Of a DNA stretch of 64,000 nt, positions 1 through 9,897 are shown piece by piece; the stretch's first letter is position 1, and each line of letters opens with the position of its first letter. The stretch covers positions 1 to 64,000 of the forward strand of contig JBHHXN010000002.1 in assembly GCA_046757025.1 (NCBI GenBank), in the 5' to 3' direction. This DNA comes from a bacterium (GTDB lineage: Bacteria > Zhuqueibacterota > Zhuqueibacteria > Oceanimicrobiales > Oceanimicrobiaceae). The notes under the pieces were generated by a model, which was not told the DNA's origin, searched no databases, and saw only the letters and a list, made by a program, of their open reading frames with translations. The position numbers were made by a program, and so were the translations under genes.

Positions 1-90
1 CAGTCGAAATAATATTTAGACTATTGCTTTTCATTTCCCGTTTTACAGGTTCTACATTCATAATACTATTTTTTGTAAAACAAAAACAGC

Positions 91-119
91 TTGACATTTC
101 TCGCATATTTGTTTACAAT
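91..119 (+). promoter_or_regulatory. sigma70-type promoter for the TonB receptor locus
   Basis: TTGACA (91-96), 17-nt spacer, TACAAT (114-119). This implies the true start is ATG 160, not TTG 91. Confidence 0.65.
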
Positions 120-159
120 AATAAGCCAGTCCTTTATTTACAAAACAGGTAAAACCACG

Positions 160-2418
160 ATGTCCTCCAAGTCCTTTCATTTGAAAAGCCCTAAATGGTT
201 TTTGCTTTTCTCCATGTTACTGTACCCCTCCTCTCTTCTTTTATCGCAGCAAAACACCATTTCGGGAATGATTCGTGATCAAAACACGCACCGGGAAATT
301 CGCGGCGTAAACATTTATATCAAAGACACCGCCATCGGCAGCAGCAGCGATGTGGGCGGACGCTTCAACTTACGGGTACCGGCTGTCCGTGCTGAGCTGA
401 AAATCGTCTTCAAGCACATCGCTTATGAAACACGTGAAGTACGCTTAGATTCCTTAAAAGCCGTGAACTTCATTTATTTGCAACCGCGGGTGATCCCACT
501 GCAAGGAGTGCAAATCGAAGGGAAAAGCAGCGAGCGTCTCAAAATTGAGGACGATCTTCCTCAAACCACCTCGGTGATCGACGCCCGTAATTTTGAAATT
601 CGCGGCTACGTGGACGCCGGCGACCTTTTGCGCACCGAGCAAAGCGTACAAATCGATGAAGATTTGAGCGGAAAAAAAACCATCGCCATTCGCGGCGGCA
701 ACCCCGAAGAAGTGGTCGTGCTCTACAACGGCGTCAAATTAAATAACAACTTCGATAACGTCTTCGACCTTTCGCTCATCGACCTGGAAGATATCGAACG
801 CTTTGAAATCATCAAAGGCAGCAACACCGTTCTTTACGGCCCGGAAGCCTTTTCGGGTGTGATAAATGTGGTTCCGAAAGTACAGCAAGATTATAATATT
901 CGTTTTCAACAACGTCTGGGAACCTACCGCTCCGGCAACTGGGGCTTGCATCTGTACAAAAACTTTGACCGGCTGTACGGTTCTTACAGTGTGAAACGCG
1001 GCAAATTCAAGCGGGAATTTGTCGGTTTTGATACAAACGACGGTACTCTGAAAAATTCGAATTTACACCACACCGCCAATCTGAATTATGCTTTCTCGAA
1101 AAATTCCAATGGCCGTTTGCAAAACACTCTCGGGGCCATGTGGGTTTACAGCTCGTTGGATTTCGACAATTTCCGCGACGGTGAAACCCTGTCAAACCTG
1201 AACAATCTGTTCTCCTTGAAATATAAAGGCGACATCTTCAAGCTGAGAAATTTCGACACGGCTCTGTCTTTCCGAAGACTGAAAGAAAAACAAAAATTGG
1301 CCAATGCTTCATTTGAACGACACATCGACGATCGCGCGCTGTTTTTCAATATAGGCAAAAGTTTTAAAATAAAAAACGTGGATTTGCTCTTCGCCTATCA
1401 GTTTCAAAATACCGAGCTGGATTTTTTTGAATTCAGAGAAAATGCCACTTTTGGTATCGAAAGCGCCGATTTCCAGCGCCGGCATCACGGTCTGGTTTCC
1501 ATCGTAAAATACCATGCAGAAACCGGCTCCAATTTCATTCAAAACTACGATCTGGATTTCAGCATCCGTCACGACCGCGTACAAAACGACCAATCCAATG
1601 TGGTTCCCCGGACACAAAGCCGACAGGGTGTTTTCGACAGCAACGATTGGCAGGACACGATGTTCAAGTTCGCATTGAACATCAATGCTTACCGGGAAGA
1701 TCTCGCCGTCACCGGCTTCTTTAATTTTGGCGACAATACCAAGTTCCCGACGCTGTTGCAGCAAATTAGCGTGGCCAACTTCAACACCAGCCCCGGTACC
1801 CGACCAAATTTAAATCCCGAACGAAATCGCAGTCTTGAGCTGGGAGTGGAAATAACCAAAGACACGCGAGAAAATCTGATTCTGGATGGAGTCCAGTTTG
1901 AGGCAGCCTATTTTAAAAACATCTACGACAACAAAATCCGCACCTTCAACACGGTGGGGGTGCCGGTCGCGTTTTACGATAACGTTCAAACCGCCAACAT
2001 CACCGGTCTTGAATCAAAAGTTCGCGTTTTTCTGCTGCGGAAAAAGGTCACACTACAGGCCGGCGTATCAAGGTATTTTATCAATGAAAAAGCGGCGTTT
2101 CCATTTAAAGCGGATTTCAAGCGCACCATCGATTTGATCATCGATCACGAAGGATTTTCCTTTCAGTTCCACTGGTTCAAAGAAGGCAAACAGGCCGGCT
2201 GGCTGCGTGAATTGGATAACGTCAATGAATTTTTTCAAATTATCCTACCGAGCTACTCAAATTTCGATGTGCATCTGAGTAAAAGTATCGCCATCGGCAA
2301 ACTCAAAATTTTCGGCAATTTCAGCGGACGCAATTTGTTAAATAACAGCGAAATTGCGCCACAGGGTCTGGCCATTCGCGACCGCCGCTTTTATTTCACT
2401 TTTGGCGCGCAATATTAA
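160..2418 (+). CDS. TonB-dependent receptor with N-terminal carboxypeptidase-regulatory-like domain
   Basis: Signal peptide, 'ISGMIRDQNT..I.GVNI' domain, plug motifs 'IAIRGG', 'IERFEIIKGSNTVLYGPEAFSGVINVV', 'LNPERN', and C-terminal aromatic residue (FTFGAQY). Confidence 0.9.
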   Translation: MSSKSFHLKSPKWFLLFSMLLYPSSLLLSQQNTISGMIRDQNTHREIRGVNIYIKDTAIGSSSDVGGRFNLRVPAVRAELKIVFKHIAYETREVRLDSLKAVNFIYLQPRVIPLQGVQIEGKSSERLKIEDDLPQTTSVIDARNFEIRGYVDAGDLLRTEQSVQIDEDLSGKKTIAIRGGNPEEVVVLYNGVKLNNNFDNVFDLSLIDLEDIERFEIIKGSNTVLYGPEAFSGVINVVPKVQQDYNIRFQQRLGTYRSGNWGLHLYKNFDRLYGSYSVKRGKFKREFVGFDTNDGTLKNSNLHHTANLNYAFSKNSNGRLQNTLGAMWVYSSLDFDNFRDGETLSNLNNLFSLKYKGDIFKLRNFDTALSFRRLKEKQKLANASFERHIDDRALFFNIGKSFKIKNVDLLFAYQFQNTELDFFEFRENATFGIESADFQRRHHGLVSIVKYHAETGSNFIQNYDLDFSIRHDRVQNDQSNVVPRTQSRQGVFDSNDWQDTMFKFALNINAYREDLAVTGFFNFGDNTKFPTLLQQISVANFNTSPGTRPNLNPERNRSLELGVEITKDTRENLILDGVQFEAAYFKNIYDNKIRTFNTVGVPVAFYDNVQTANITGLESKVRVFLLRKKVTLQAGVSRYFINEKAAFPFKADFKRTIDLIIDHEGFSFQFHWFKEGKQAGWLRELDNVNEFFQIILPSYSNFDVHLSKSIAIGKLKIFGNFSGRNLLNNSEIAPQGLAIRDRRFYFTFGAQY

Positions 2419-2512
2419 AGTTGAATGATTCTTTGTTTAACTACGGTCCCAAGCCGGATTGTTTAAAATATCAATTCAGAATTTATCGCGTTTTACCGAA
2501 GCAGGTGCAAAA

Positions 2513-3379
2513 ATGAAAATTATTTTGCTATTGAAATTAGCCTTTATTTTGTTGGCTTCACTCTTTTTGTGGAGTTGTACGGAAAGCCCCATCGGAGGGG
2601 GTGACATCACGCGCGATTTCCGACAAATTCAGGGCAGCGTGATTTTAAGCGACAGCCTCAGCCCGGACGGTGTATTTGTCTGGCTCGACGGCTTTGACAT
2701 GAGTTTAGTCACCAAGTCCGATGGCAGGTTTGAATTCCAGCTGCCCAGCCCTTCCAGTCAGGGCACGCCCAATGGCTACTCCGGGGTCATGCATCTCTAT
2801 TATTATTTGGCCAACTACTATTTGGAAAAGACTACGGTGTTTGTGCAAAACGGCCAGTTTGTGTATTCCCAGGGTGAAATAGGCGCTGACGGAAATTTAC
2901 TCGCTCCAAAAGAGATCACCAAATTTCTGGAAATCAACACCACCGTGAGTCCGTCGTCGGTACCGGCGAATTTTCAAGGTACCATTGAATTGCAAGTGAC
3001 TCTGGGAGCGCTCATCAACACACAGGACGCCCGGCTTGACACGGTGAGCGTGACTTTGATAAATTTTGAAGACGACATCACCGGCCGCGTTTTCATCAAA
3101 AATATCGACACCGGCGAAATCAAAGAAATGAGTACGAGGGTGACCGGCGCCGATAAATTGATCCGGAATCAACCCGAACCCCGGCGCATGAATTTCTTCC
3201 TGCGCAAGGGCGTGCTGAAAAGGGGTCGTTACGAAATCATCCCACATTTACTCATTAAACATCAGGCCATTCCTGAAAAATTGTTGAATCTTCTCGGATT
3301 GCGGTCAAATGATATGGTGTCAAATTACTTGCAGCTGCCGATCAAGCGTGAGGGTGGCTTTTTCGAGATTACCAATTGA
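2513..3379 (+). CDS. Lipoprotein of unknown function
   Basis: ATG 2513 gives a signal peptide with lipobox 'LFLWSC'. Paralogous to the next gene. Confidence 0.8.
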   Translation: MKIILLLKLAFILLASLFLWSCTESPIGGGDITRDFRQIQGSVILSDSLSPDGVFVWLDGFDMSLVTKSDGRFEFQLPSPSSQGTPNGYSGVMHLYYYLANYYLEKTTVFVQNGQFVYSQGEIGADGNLLAPKEITKFLEINTTVSPSSVPANFQGTIELQVTLGALINTQDARLDTVSVTLINFEDDITGRVFIKNIDTGEIKEMSTRVTGADKLIRNQPEPRRMNFFLRKGVLKRGRYEIIPHLLIKHQAIPEKLLNLLGLRSNDMVSNYLQLPIKREGGFFEITN

Positions 3380-3474
3380 TCAAACCGCTATAAAATAAAC
3401 ATTCTTGATTAAAAAACGCCGTTCATTTTGAGCTCCAAACTCATAGCAACCACTAAATCTGGACCAACGAGAAC

Positions 3475-4378
3475 ATGTGGAAAGCAATTCGTTGCCTGGT
3501 GTTTTTCGGTGTCATCGGGGTGTTGGGCTTTTTCGCCTGCACGGAAAATCCCCTGAGCTCCGGCCGAATTTTCTCAGGCATTCGCGGCCAGGTCTCTTTG
3601 TCGGAAGACCTGAGCCCTGAAAACATTTATGTGTGGATGGAAAAATGGCAAATTGCCACCCGTACCGATGACCATGGCGAATTTTTACTCAACCTGCCTC
3701 CCGTTTCCACTCAGGGCGGAAGCGGAGGAATCAGCGGCCTGTTCACCGCTTGCTTTTACGCCGCTCATTACCAACTGGCCACCGTTGAAACTTTTGACAA
3801 TACGCAACTTTTCAGAGGGAGATTTTGATGAAAACGGCGTATTGAAAAAACCGCTCATTCTAAAACCCCGATTTCATATCCACACCGAAGTCAATGTGGA
3901 GTCCAGCTCACCGGCCGTTCAGGATTCCATCACTATAAATGTGACTCTGCAAGCTGCGGCGGAACCGGTTGCAATTATCCTGCCCAACACGCAACCCAAC
4001 GAAGGAAAAATGGGCGGCCTATTTCTCAGAAATATCCGCACCGAGGAAATCCATCTGGTGAGAACTTTATTCCTGAGTCCCCAGGGGGAGTTTGTTCCCA
4101 TTGAAAGAAATGAGGCGGTGGTGGTTACCCGCACGGGCATGATTCGCACCACCACCTTCGTGCCCGCTGAAAAGGACGTTCCGGCAGGCCAGTACAAAGT
4201 CATTCCTTATCTTCTAGCTCGCAGTCAGGACACGCCAGAAGAAATGCTGAACAGCCTCGGTGAAAATCTGGAATCGTTCGGACCTGAATATCTCACCATT
4301 CCGTTTTTACGTAAAAACGGCACGCTCAATCTTTCACCAACCGCTCAGTTTAAAGGTCATGAATTTACTGCCCGGTAA
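3475..4378 (+). pseudogene. Frameshifted paralogue of the upstream lipoprotein
   Basis: 3475-3828 (lipobox FFAC; 'GQVSLSEDLSPENIYVW') and the +1 frame to 4378 ('EGDFDENG..GQYKVIPYLL..YLTIPF') together align along the whole 2513-3379 protein. The shift is near 3808-3813. Confidence 0.75.
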
Positions 4379-4389
4379 ACACAAATCAC

Positions 4390-4510
4390 CACTCGGTGTT
4401 TTACGCAGATCCCGACGGCAACCTGCACGAAATCATTGCCAATTTACCACAAACCCAAAAATTCTCAGACAGCGCACAAAACATGATTCCATCCGGCTGG
4501 CAGCGTGATG
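4390..4510 (+). pseudogene. Possible C-terminal remnant of a VOC/glyoxalase-family gene
   Basis: Translates 'SVFYADPDGNLHEIIANLP', resembling the VOC 'YFxDPDGNxxE' motif. No N-terminal half is visible. Confidence 0.4.
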
Positions 4511-4541
4511 GAGATTTCCTTTTGGTATTGACCAGCTCATT

Positions 4542-5324
4542 TCAGGATGAGTGCTTTTGCCGGCGCGGCTTTTCAAAATTCTCCCGATACCAGCGCCGGT
4601 AGTGATGTTTGGCCCACTGCCGATCCACCAATCCGGAAAGCATACCCGATAGGCCTTTTTTGCTTTCGGGATTAAGCACCGCCATGAACAAATGTCCCAC
4701 CAGCAGCGGCGTGGCCAAAGCGGCCATGGTGAAATGGATGATCCAGGAAAGAAAGGCGCCGTCCGTAATCCAAATGATGAGGCCGGTTAAAATGTAAAAT
4801 GGATAAGTGGTCATGAGCATCATGAAATTCAATTTCTCGGCGGCATTGAATTTGCCCTGTTCGGGCAGAACAATTCTTTTACTCACGGCCGCAAGCCCCA
4901 TCATGGCCAACCATTTCAAATCATCCAGCGTCCACAGCCAAGCCTGTTTAATGTTGTAGAAGTGAATGCGGTAATCGCCCCGGCTTTTCGTCACGGCGAT
5001 GAGAGGAAAAACAATCAGGCACACACCCGAAATGCGGTGGGCCCAGGAAAAGAGCGCCCGGAAAGGACGCATGGGATGTGGATTATAAACCACCACCAGA
5101 ATTAACGCCGTAGCATAGCAGACCAGAAAAGGGATGGCCAGCGCCCAATGCACCATCCGTTCAGATTTACGGAAACGCAAAATTCGCGTTGCTTTCTGCC
5201 GTTGACATTGTGAAGGCTTGGATTTTTTCTGCGCAGGTTTCTGGCGACGACTTGGAGAAAGGGTCGCTCTTTCTGTGTTTGTTGCCTTATTCATCTTGCG
5301 TCTTCTGTTATTTTTTAACTTCAA
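4542..5324 (-). CDS. Cytochrome b/b6-domain membrane protein (formate dehydrogenase gamma/FdnI-like)
   Basis: 'RF..SERMVHW', 'HRISG', 'GKFNAAEKLNF', 'IIHF..GHLFMA', 'WAKHH' pattern with four heme-ligand His residues. Confidence 0.85.
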   Translation of the reverse strand: MKLKNNRRRKMNKATNTERATLSPSRRQKPAQKKSKPSQCQRQKATRILRFRKSERMVHWALAIPFLVCYATALILVVVYNPHPMRPFRALFSWAHRISGVCLIVFPLIAVTKSRGDYRIHFYNIKQAWLWTLDDLKWLAMMGLAAVSKRIVLPEQGKFNAAEKLNFMMLMTTYPFYILTGLIIWITDGAFLSWIIHFTMAALATPLLVGHLFMAVLNPESKKGLSGMLSGLVDRQWAKHHYRRWYRENFEKPRRQKHSS

Positions 5325-5386
5325 TAATCGGCAACAAATCTAATTTCTACAGACCAGCGCTCAGGCAACTCCTTCCAATAGCTCGT

Positions 5387-6826
5387 TCATTCAATCTCAA
5401 ACGCAATGTAACGGAATTGGCCGTTGCGTTCCACCTGCACCACCACAGGAGCGTAAATTTTTAAATGCTGTAAAAGCTGGCGCAATTCTGAGATATTTTT
5501 TATTTCGGTATTATTTATTGAGTGAATGACATCCCCGGGTTGAAAGGCATCTTGATCGTAGTAATACGCATTTCGGGACATGCTGGCCACCAGCACCCCC
5601 GAAGAATTGCGGATGCCGGGCAGCAAACTGACCACTTCTGAATTTAAATCCAAACCCAGTATCCCCAATCGGGGAATGAGATTTCTTTCCGGGCTGACCA
5701 TGTCGTTAAATCGCGCTTGATATTCCTCTCGCTCAGTTACCAGGACCTTGACGCTCAGGGTGTCCACACCGCGCAGCACTTCTAAATGCACAAAATCATC
5801 TACCGGACGACCGTAAATGTTCACATCAAATTGGCGGCCGTTTTCCATGGTCTTTCCGTCCAGAGATAAAATGATATCTTTGGTTTTTAACCCAGCGTCA
5901 TCGGCGGGACTGCCGGGCAAAACATCGCCCAGCACGACGCCCCAGACCTGGGGTAGTCCCAAGCCGGCCGCCAATGTGGGGGTGATGGTTTGCGCATGCA
6001 CGCCAATCACGCCGCGCCGCACTCTTCCCGTATCGCGAATCTGCTCATAAACATTGCGCACGATATTGCTGGGGGCGGCAAAACCGATGCCTTCACTGCC
6101 ACCGGACTGCGTAAAAATAAAGGTGTTGATTCCCACCACATCGCCATTGATATCCACCAGCGGACCGCCGCTGTTGCCAGGATTGATGGGCGCGTCCGTC
6201 TGAATATAGACCATGGGATCTTCCGGGCTAAACTGACGCGCCAGAGCGCTGACCACGCCCATGGTCACCGAATTTTCCAATCCCAGAGGGCTGCCAAACG
6301 CCATCACCAATTGCCCCTGGCGCAGCGCATCCGAATCCCCCAGCTTTAAATACGCCAACCCCTGCTCCTCGATCTTCAGGACCGCCAGATCGGTTTCCGG
6401 ATCAATTCCCACCAGATGCGCTCCCACCAGTTTACCTTTGGATTTGAGGATGGAATTTCGATTTCGCAAGCCGTCGAACGGTTTGGCTAGCACCACTTGA
6501 ATGCGCCGGGCGCCTTTTACCACGTGCGCGTTAGTGACGATATAGCCACGGGGATCGAGAATCACCCCGGAACCGCTGCTGCTTTGCTTGCTCAGCAGAG
6601 CGGTGCTCGCCACACCGTTCCCCTGGCCGGTGACGTATCCCGTTGCTAAAATTTGCACAATGGCTGGATTCACACGCTCCGACAGCGCTTCAAATTCTTC
6701 GCTGAGCTGGTGCAGCGCTTTTAGACCCGACTTTTTAGGACGACTCTGCCCCCAAATTACCAGAGGATTGAAATAACAAACAATATAAAGGAAGATTAAA
6801 GGCCACAAATACTTTTTAACTTTCAT
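5387..6826 (-). CDS. HtrA/DegP-family serine protease with two PDZ domains
   Basis: 'TNAHVV', 'TDLAVLKI', 'IQTDAPINPGNSGGPL', two PDZ domains and a signal peptide. Confidence 0.95.
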   Translation of the reverse strand: MKVKKYLWPLIFLYIVCYFNPLVIWGQSRPKKSGLKALHQLSEEFEALSERVNPAIVQILATGYVTGQGNGVASTALLSKQSSSGSGVILDPRGYIVTNAHVVKGARRIQVVLAKPFDGLRNRNSILKSKGKLVGAHLVGIDPETDLAVLKIEEQGLAYLKLGDSDALRQGQLVMAFGSPLGLENSVTMGVVSALARQFSPEDPMVYIQTDAPINPGNSGGPLVDINGDVVGINTFIFTQSGGSEGIGFAAPSNIVRNVYEQIRDTGRVRRGVIGVHAQTITPTLAAGLGLPQVWGVVLGDVLPGSPADDAGLKTKDIILSLDGKTMENGRQFDVNIYGRPVDDFVHLEVLRGVDTLSVKVLVTEREEYQARFNDMVSPERNLIPRLGILGLDLNSEVVSLLPGIRNSSGVLVASMSRNAYYYDQDAFQPGDVIHSINNTEIKNISELRQLLQHLKIYAPVVVQVERNGQFRYIAFEIE

Positions 6827-6864
6827 GTATGCACCTTGAAATTAAATTATTCCACAAGCAGGCT

Positions 6865-7647
6865 TTAACTGAGCTGGCCAAAATACATTTTGGTGTCGTA
6901 GTCAATGGTGACATGGCCGTCGACTTCAAATTCGTCAAACAATTGCTTGAGCTGTTTCAACATCGAATCGTGGTCAGGATGTCCGGCAGCGGGCGCATAG
7001 GATGATGACAGGAGTCGCCCCTTCAAAGCGGGATAGTCCAGAACCTGCGAATTTTCAAAAATCTTCTGGCGAAAATGCCCTTGCTGCCAGAAGTTCGTAA
7101 AAAACTCTTCCTCGATATTGTTGTGATCAACTTTTTTATAATCAACACCGTACTCGAGAAGCAATATTTCATAATTTTGCAGAAATTGCGCGGAGTCGGT
7201 TTTGCGATCATTCCAAAGGAGTACCACCCATTGGTTCGGTTTCAAAATTCGTAAAAATTCCACGTACGTGGCGGACTGCTGAAACCAGTGGAAAGCCTGG
7301 GCCGCAGTGATAAAATCCACCGAATGGTTTTGGAGCGTCGTCGATTCCGCCCGACCGTCGATGCTTGTAAATTGAGCATACTTTGCCAGCAGCTTTTCTG
7401 CTGCGGCTCGCATCTCGTAATTCGGCTCCACACCCCAAACCGTGTATCCGCTTTTCAAAAACATCTCGGACAAAATGCCGGTGCCGGAACCGATATCGGC
7501 AATAATGTGTTCATTCGACAGACCGCACTCGGACTCCAAACCGGGAAGGATCTCCTCAGGATATCCCGGACGATATTTTACGTAACTTTCAACTCGATCA
7601 GAAAATCGCTTGATGGGATCGAATTCTAAATCATGATTTTTGTTCAT
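6865..7647 (-). CDS. Class I SAM-dependent methyltransferase
   Basis: 'IADIGSGTG', 'VEPN', 'AAQAFHWF'. Confidence 0.9.
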   Translation of the reverse strand: MNKNHDLEFDPIKRFSDRVESYVKYRPGYPEEILPGLESECGLSNEHIIADIGSGTGILSEMFLKSGYTVWGVEPNYEMRAAAEKLLAKYAQFTSIDGRAESTTLQNHSVDFITAAQAFHWFQQSATYVEFLRILKPNQWVVLLWNDRKTDSAQFLQNYEILLLEYGVDYKKVDHNNIEEEFFTNFWQQGHFRQKIFENSQVLDYPALKGRLLSSSYAPAAGHPDHDSMLKQLKQLFDEFEVDGHVTIDYDTKMYFGQLS

Positions 7648-7893
7648 TAAAACGGTTGATTTAATGAATTTTACTTTCGCATGAATATGCCAAATTTAAT
7701 ATTAACTTGCAAGCGGTTCCTCTTCTGCTCTGGTGTTTGCTTTTGAATTACTTTTTATTTAAATTACCTCCCAGCATAGATCATATTTTTTTGAAGAATT
7801 AGGCGAATTTTTCAATTTCAGTGGCTTCATGAAAAGATGAGATGAATTGTAACAAACCCTTGTTAGAATATATTTGATTAGAAAGGCAATCTC

Positions 7894-8634
7894 ATGGGCG
7901 AATTCCGTGAATTCACACCGGCCGTAAGACTCTTTTTAAAAGCTTATGTCTGGCGCCGCATCGACCCCGTTCCCTGGACGCCTTTGCGCAAACCTCTTTC
8001 CGAATGCCGCTTGGCGCTCATTTCAAGCGCGGGTTTCGTACTGCCAGATCAGGCACCTTTTGATGACCGCATCAAGGGAGGGGACTCCAGTTTTCGGGAA
8101 ATTCCATTCGACGCAGATGTCACAAAATTCCAAGACAGCCACCGCAGCGATTCCTTCGATCACACCGGCATGCTGCAGGATCCAAACCTCGCCTTTCCCC
8201 TTGAGCGGGTGCGTGAGCTGCAAGTCACCGGGCGTATTGGCAGGGTGAATCGCCGCCATCTGTCGATGATGGGCTCCATCACCGCCACCGGCAACTTGAT
8301 CAAACACACGGCTCCTGAGGCCGCAAGCTGGTTGGTAGAGGATGGAGTGGATGTGGCCCTGTTGGTGCCGGTCTGACCCATGTGTAACCAGGCCGTGAGC
8401 CTGGTAGCGGCGGAGATGGAAAGACAGGGAATCTCGACGGTGGTCATTCAATTGTTGCGAGAGGTAGCGCGGAAGGTGCGGCCGCCGCGAGCTCTGTTCG
8501 TACCGTTTCGCCACGGCTATCCATTAGAAGCACCAAATCAGCCGCAGCGGCAACAGGCGATTTTAGAATCCACTCTCAGGTTGTTGGAAGACCCTTCTGT
8601 TCGTCCGCCCATGCTGGTCGACTACGTACCATAA
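7894..8634 (+). CDS. Selenocysteine-containing PrdB/GrdB-family protein (246 aa, Sec at codon 161)
   Basis: ORFs 7894-8376 and 8380-8634 are in the same frame, joined by TGA 8374-8376, reading VALLVPV-U-PM-C-NQAV. Family motifs: 'PLRKPLSECRLALISSAG', 'GDSSFREIP', 'DPNLAFPLER', 'E..GISTV', 'PPRALFVPF..G.PL'. Confidence 0.88.
8387..8405 (+). promoter_or_regulatory. Candidate bacterial SECIS hairpin
   Basis: ACCAGGC-CGTGA-GCCTGGT, a perfect 7-bp stem starting at the 11th nt after the in-frame UGA. Confidence 0.65.
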
Positions 8635-8727
8635 AAAGTACTTTAACCAATTAGAATCTCCGTGTTCGATCGCTTACCGGTTGCCGGGTTCAGCGGATTC
8701 AGTTTGCTTAGATGGGGTCATTTGTCC

Positions 8728-9897
8728 TTATTGCAGCAGCAGCATTTTTCTGGTTTGGGAATAATCCGCAGCAATTAACTGATAGAAGTACACGCCGGTG
8801 GCGACCTTTCTCTGACGGCGGTCTCTTCCCTGCCAGACCGCCTTTTGGGGGCCCGCTGCCCGCCAACTGTCCACCAGGGTATCCACTAAATTTCCCCGCA
8901 CATCAAACACACGCAACAATACTTTCGCGCCGCCCGTGGGCACGTTGTAACGAATCACGGTGATCGGGTTAAACGGATTGGGGAAATTCTGGTGTAGTGC
9001 AAACGCTTCTGTCAGCGCCGACTCAGTGATGGCCGTAACCGGCGCAACCGGCTGGAATGCCAGGCTGCGCGGTACCTGCAAACTACCGGCCGTAATCGTG
9101 CGTACGTAATTCTCCGCTGCGTCGAATTCAACGATTTGATGCTTACTGAACGACGTGGAAAATAAATGCCCGGCGGAATTGAACGCCACGCCCTGGGGAA
9201 CCGGGAGGTCGGAATGCGTGAGGGCGCCCAGATATTTACCGCTCGTGTCAAACTTGACAATGTTGTTGGAGCCGCCGCCGGATACATACAGCACATCTCG
9301 TGTGTTGCGTGCGATGCTCATGGGGCTGGACAGTCCGCCGCCGGTAAAAGAGCTCACGAAATTTTCATGGGCGTCAAATTTGACCACCACGGCCGTCAAG
9401 GCGCTGGAGACGTAAATGTTGCCGTGTGAGTCGAACGCCACACAATTCGGTCCGTCCAGAACGTTAGCCGAAAAAGTGCGCAGGCTATTTCCCTCGAGAT
9501 CGAACACCACCACTTGATCGTTGTTAAAACTGCAGACGTACAGCTCTTCCGCATCGGAAATGGCCATGCCCGTGGGACCACTGAGCTGCAGGTTTGTAAA
9601 TTTCGTGATGAATTGCTCGTCCTGGCCGAACACAAACACTTCATGCGTGTTCTGGCTGGCAACATAGAGTCGGCCATTGGACGCATAAACAATTCCGCGC
9701 GCCCCGGAAAGTCCGGCCGCGGTGAAATTATGAAGGTAAGCGCCGGAAGAATCGTACACCGCCACAGTTCCACTGCCGAAATTCGAGACATAAAACATGC
9801 CGGTGTGGGCCGGCGGTAAGATGGCGAAGCTCCACGACGCCACCAGTGAAATCAACAAACCCAGACTTAATAAGCAGCAATTGAAAAGAGACTTCAT
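8728..9897 (-). CDS. Secreted NHL-repeat beta-propeller protein with C-terminal FlgD-Ig/T9SS-like domain
   Basis: Repeated 'L.GP.G(I/V)A.D..G.LYV' blades; C-terminus 'LHQNFPNPFNP..W.GRD..GVYFYQL..RKMLLLQ'. Confidence 0.85.
   Translation of the reverse strand: MKSLFNCCLLSLGLLISLVASWSFAILPPAHTGMFYVSNFGSGTVAVYDSSGAYLHNFTAAGLSGARGIVYASNGRLYVASQNTHEVFVFGQDEQFITKFTNLQLSGPTGMAISDAEELYVCSFNNDQVVVFDLEGNSLRTFSANVLDGPNCVAFDSHGNIYVSSALTAVVVKFDAHENFVSSFTGGGLSSPMSIARNTRDVLYVSGGGSNNIVKFDTSGKYLGALTHSDLPVPQGVAFNSAGHLFSTSFSKHQIVEFDAAENYVRTITAGSLQVPRSLAFQPVAPVTAITESALTEAFALHQNFPNPFNPITVIRYNVPTGGAKVLLRVFDVRGNLVDTLVDSWRAAGPQKAVWQGRDRRQRKVATGVYFYQLIAADYSQTRKMLLLQ

Noticed and set aside
7894..8634. Nonsense pseudogene or two separate genes
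   Set aside because: The TGA falls exactly at the family's UxxC position and is followed by a SECIS-like hairpin.
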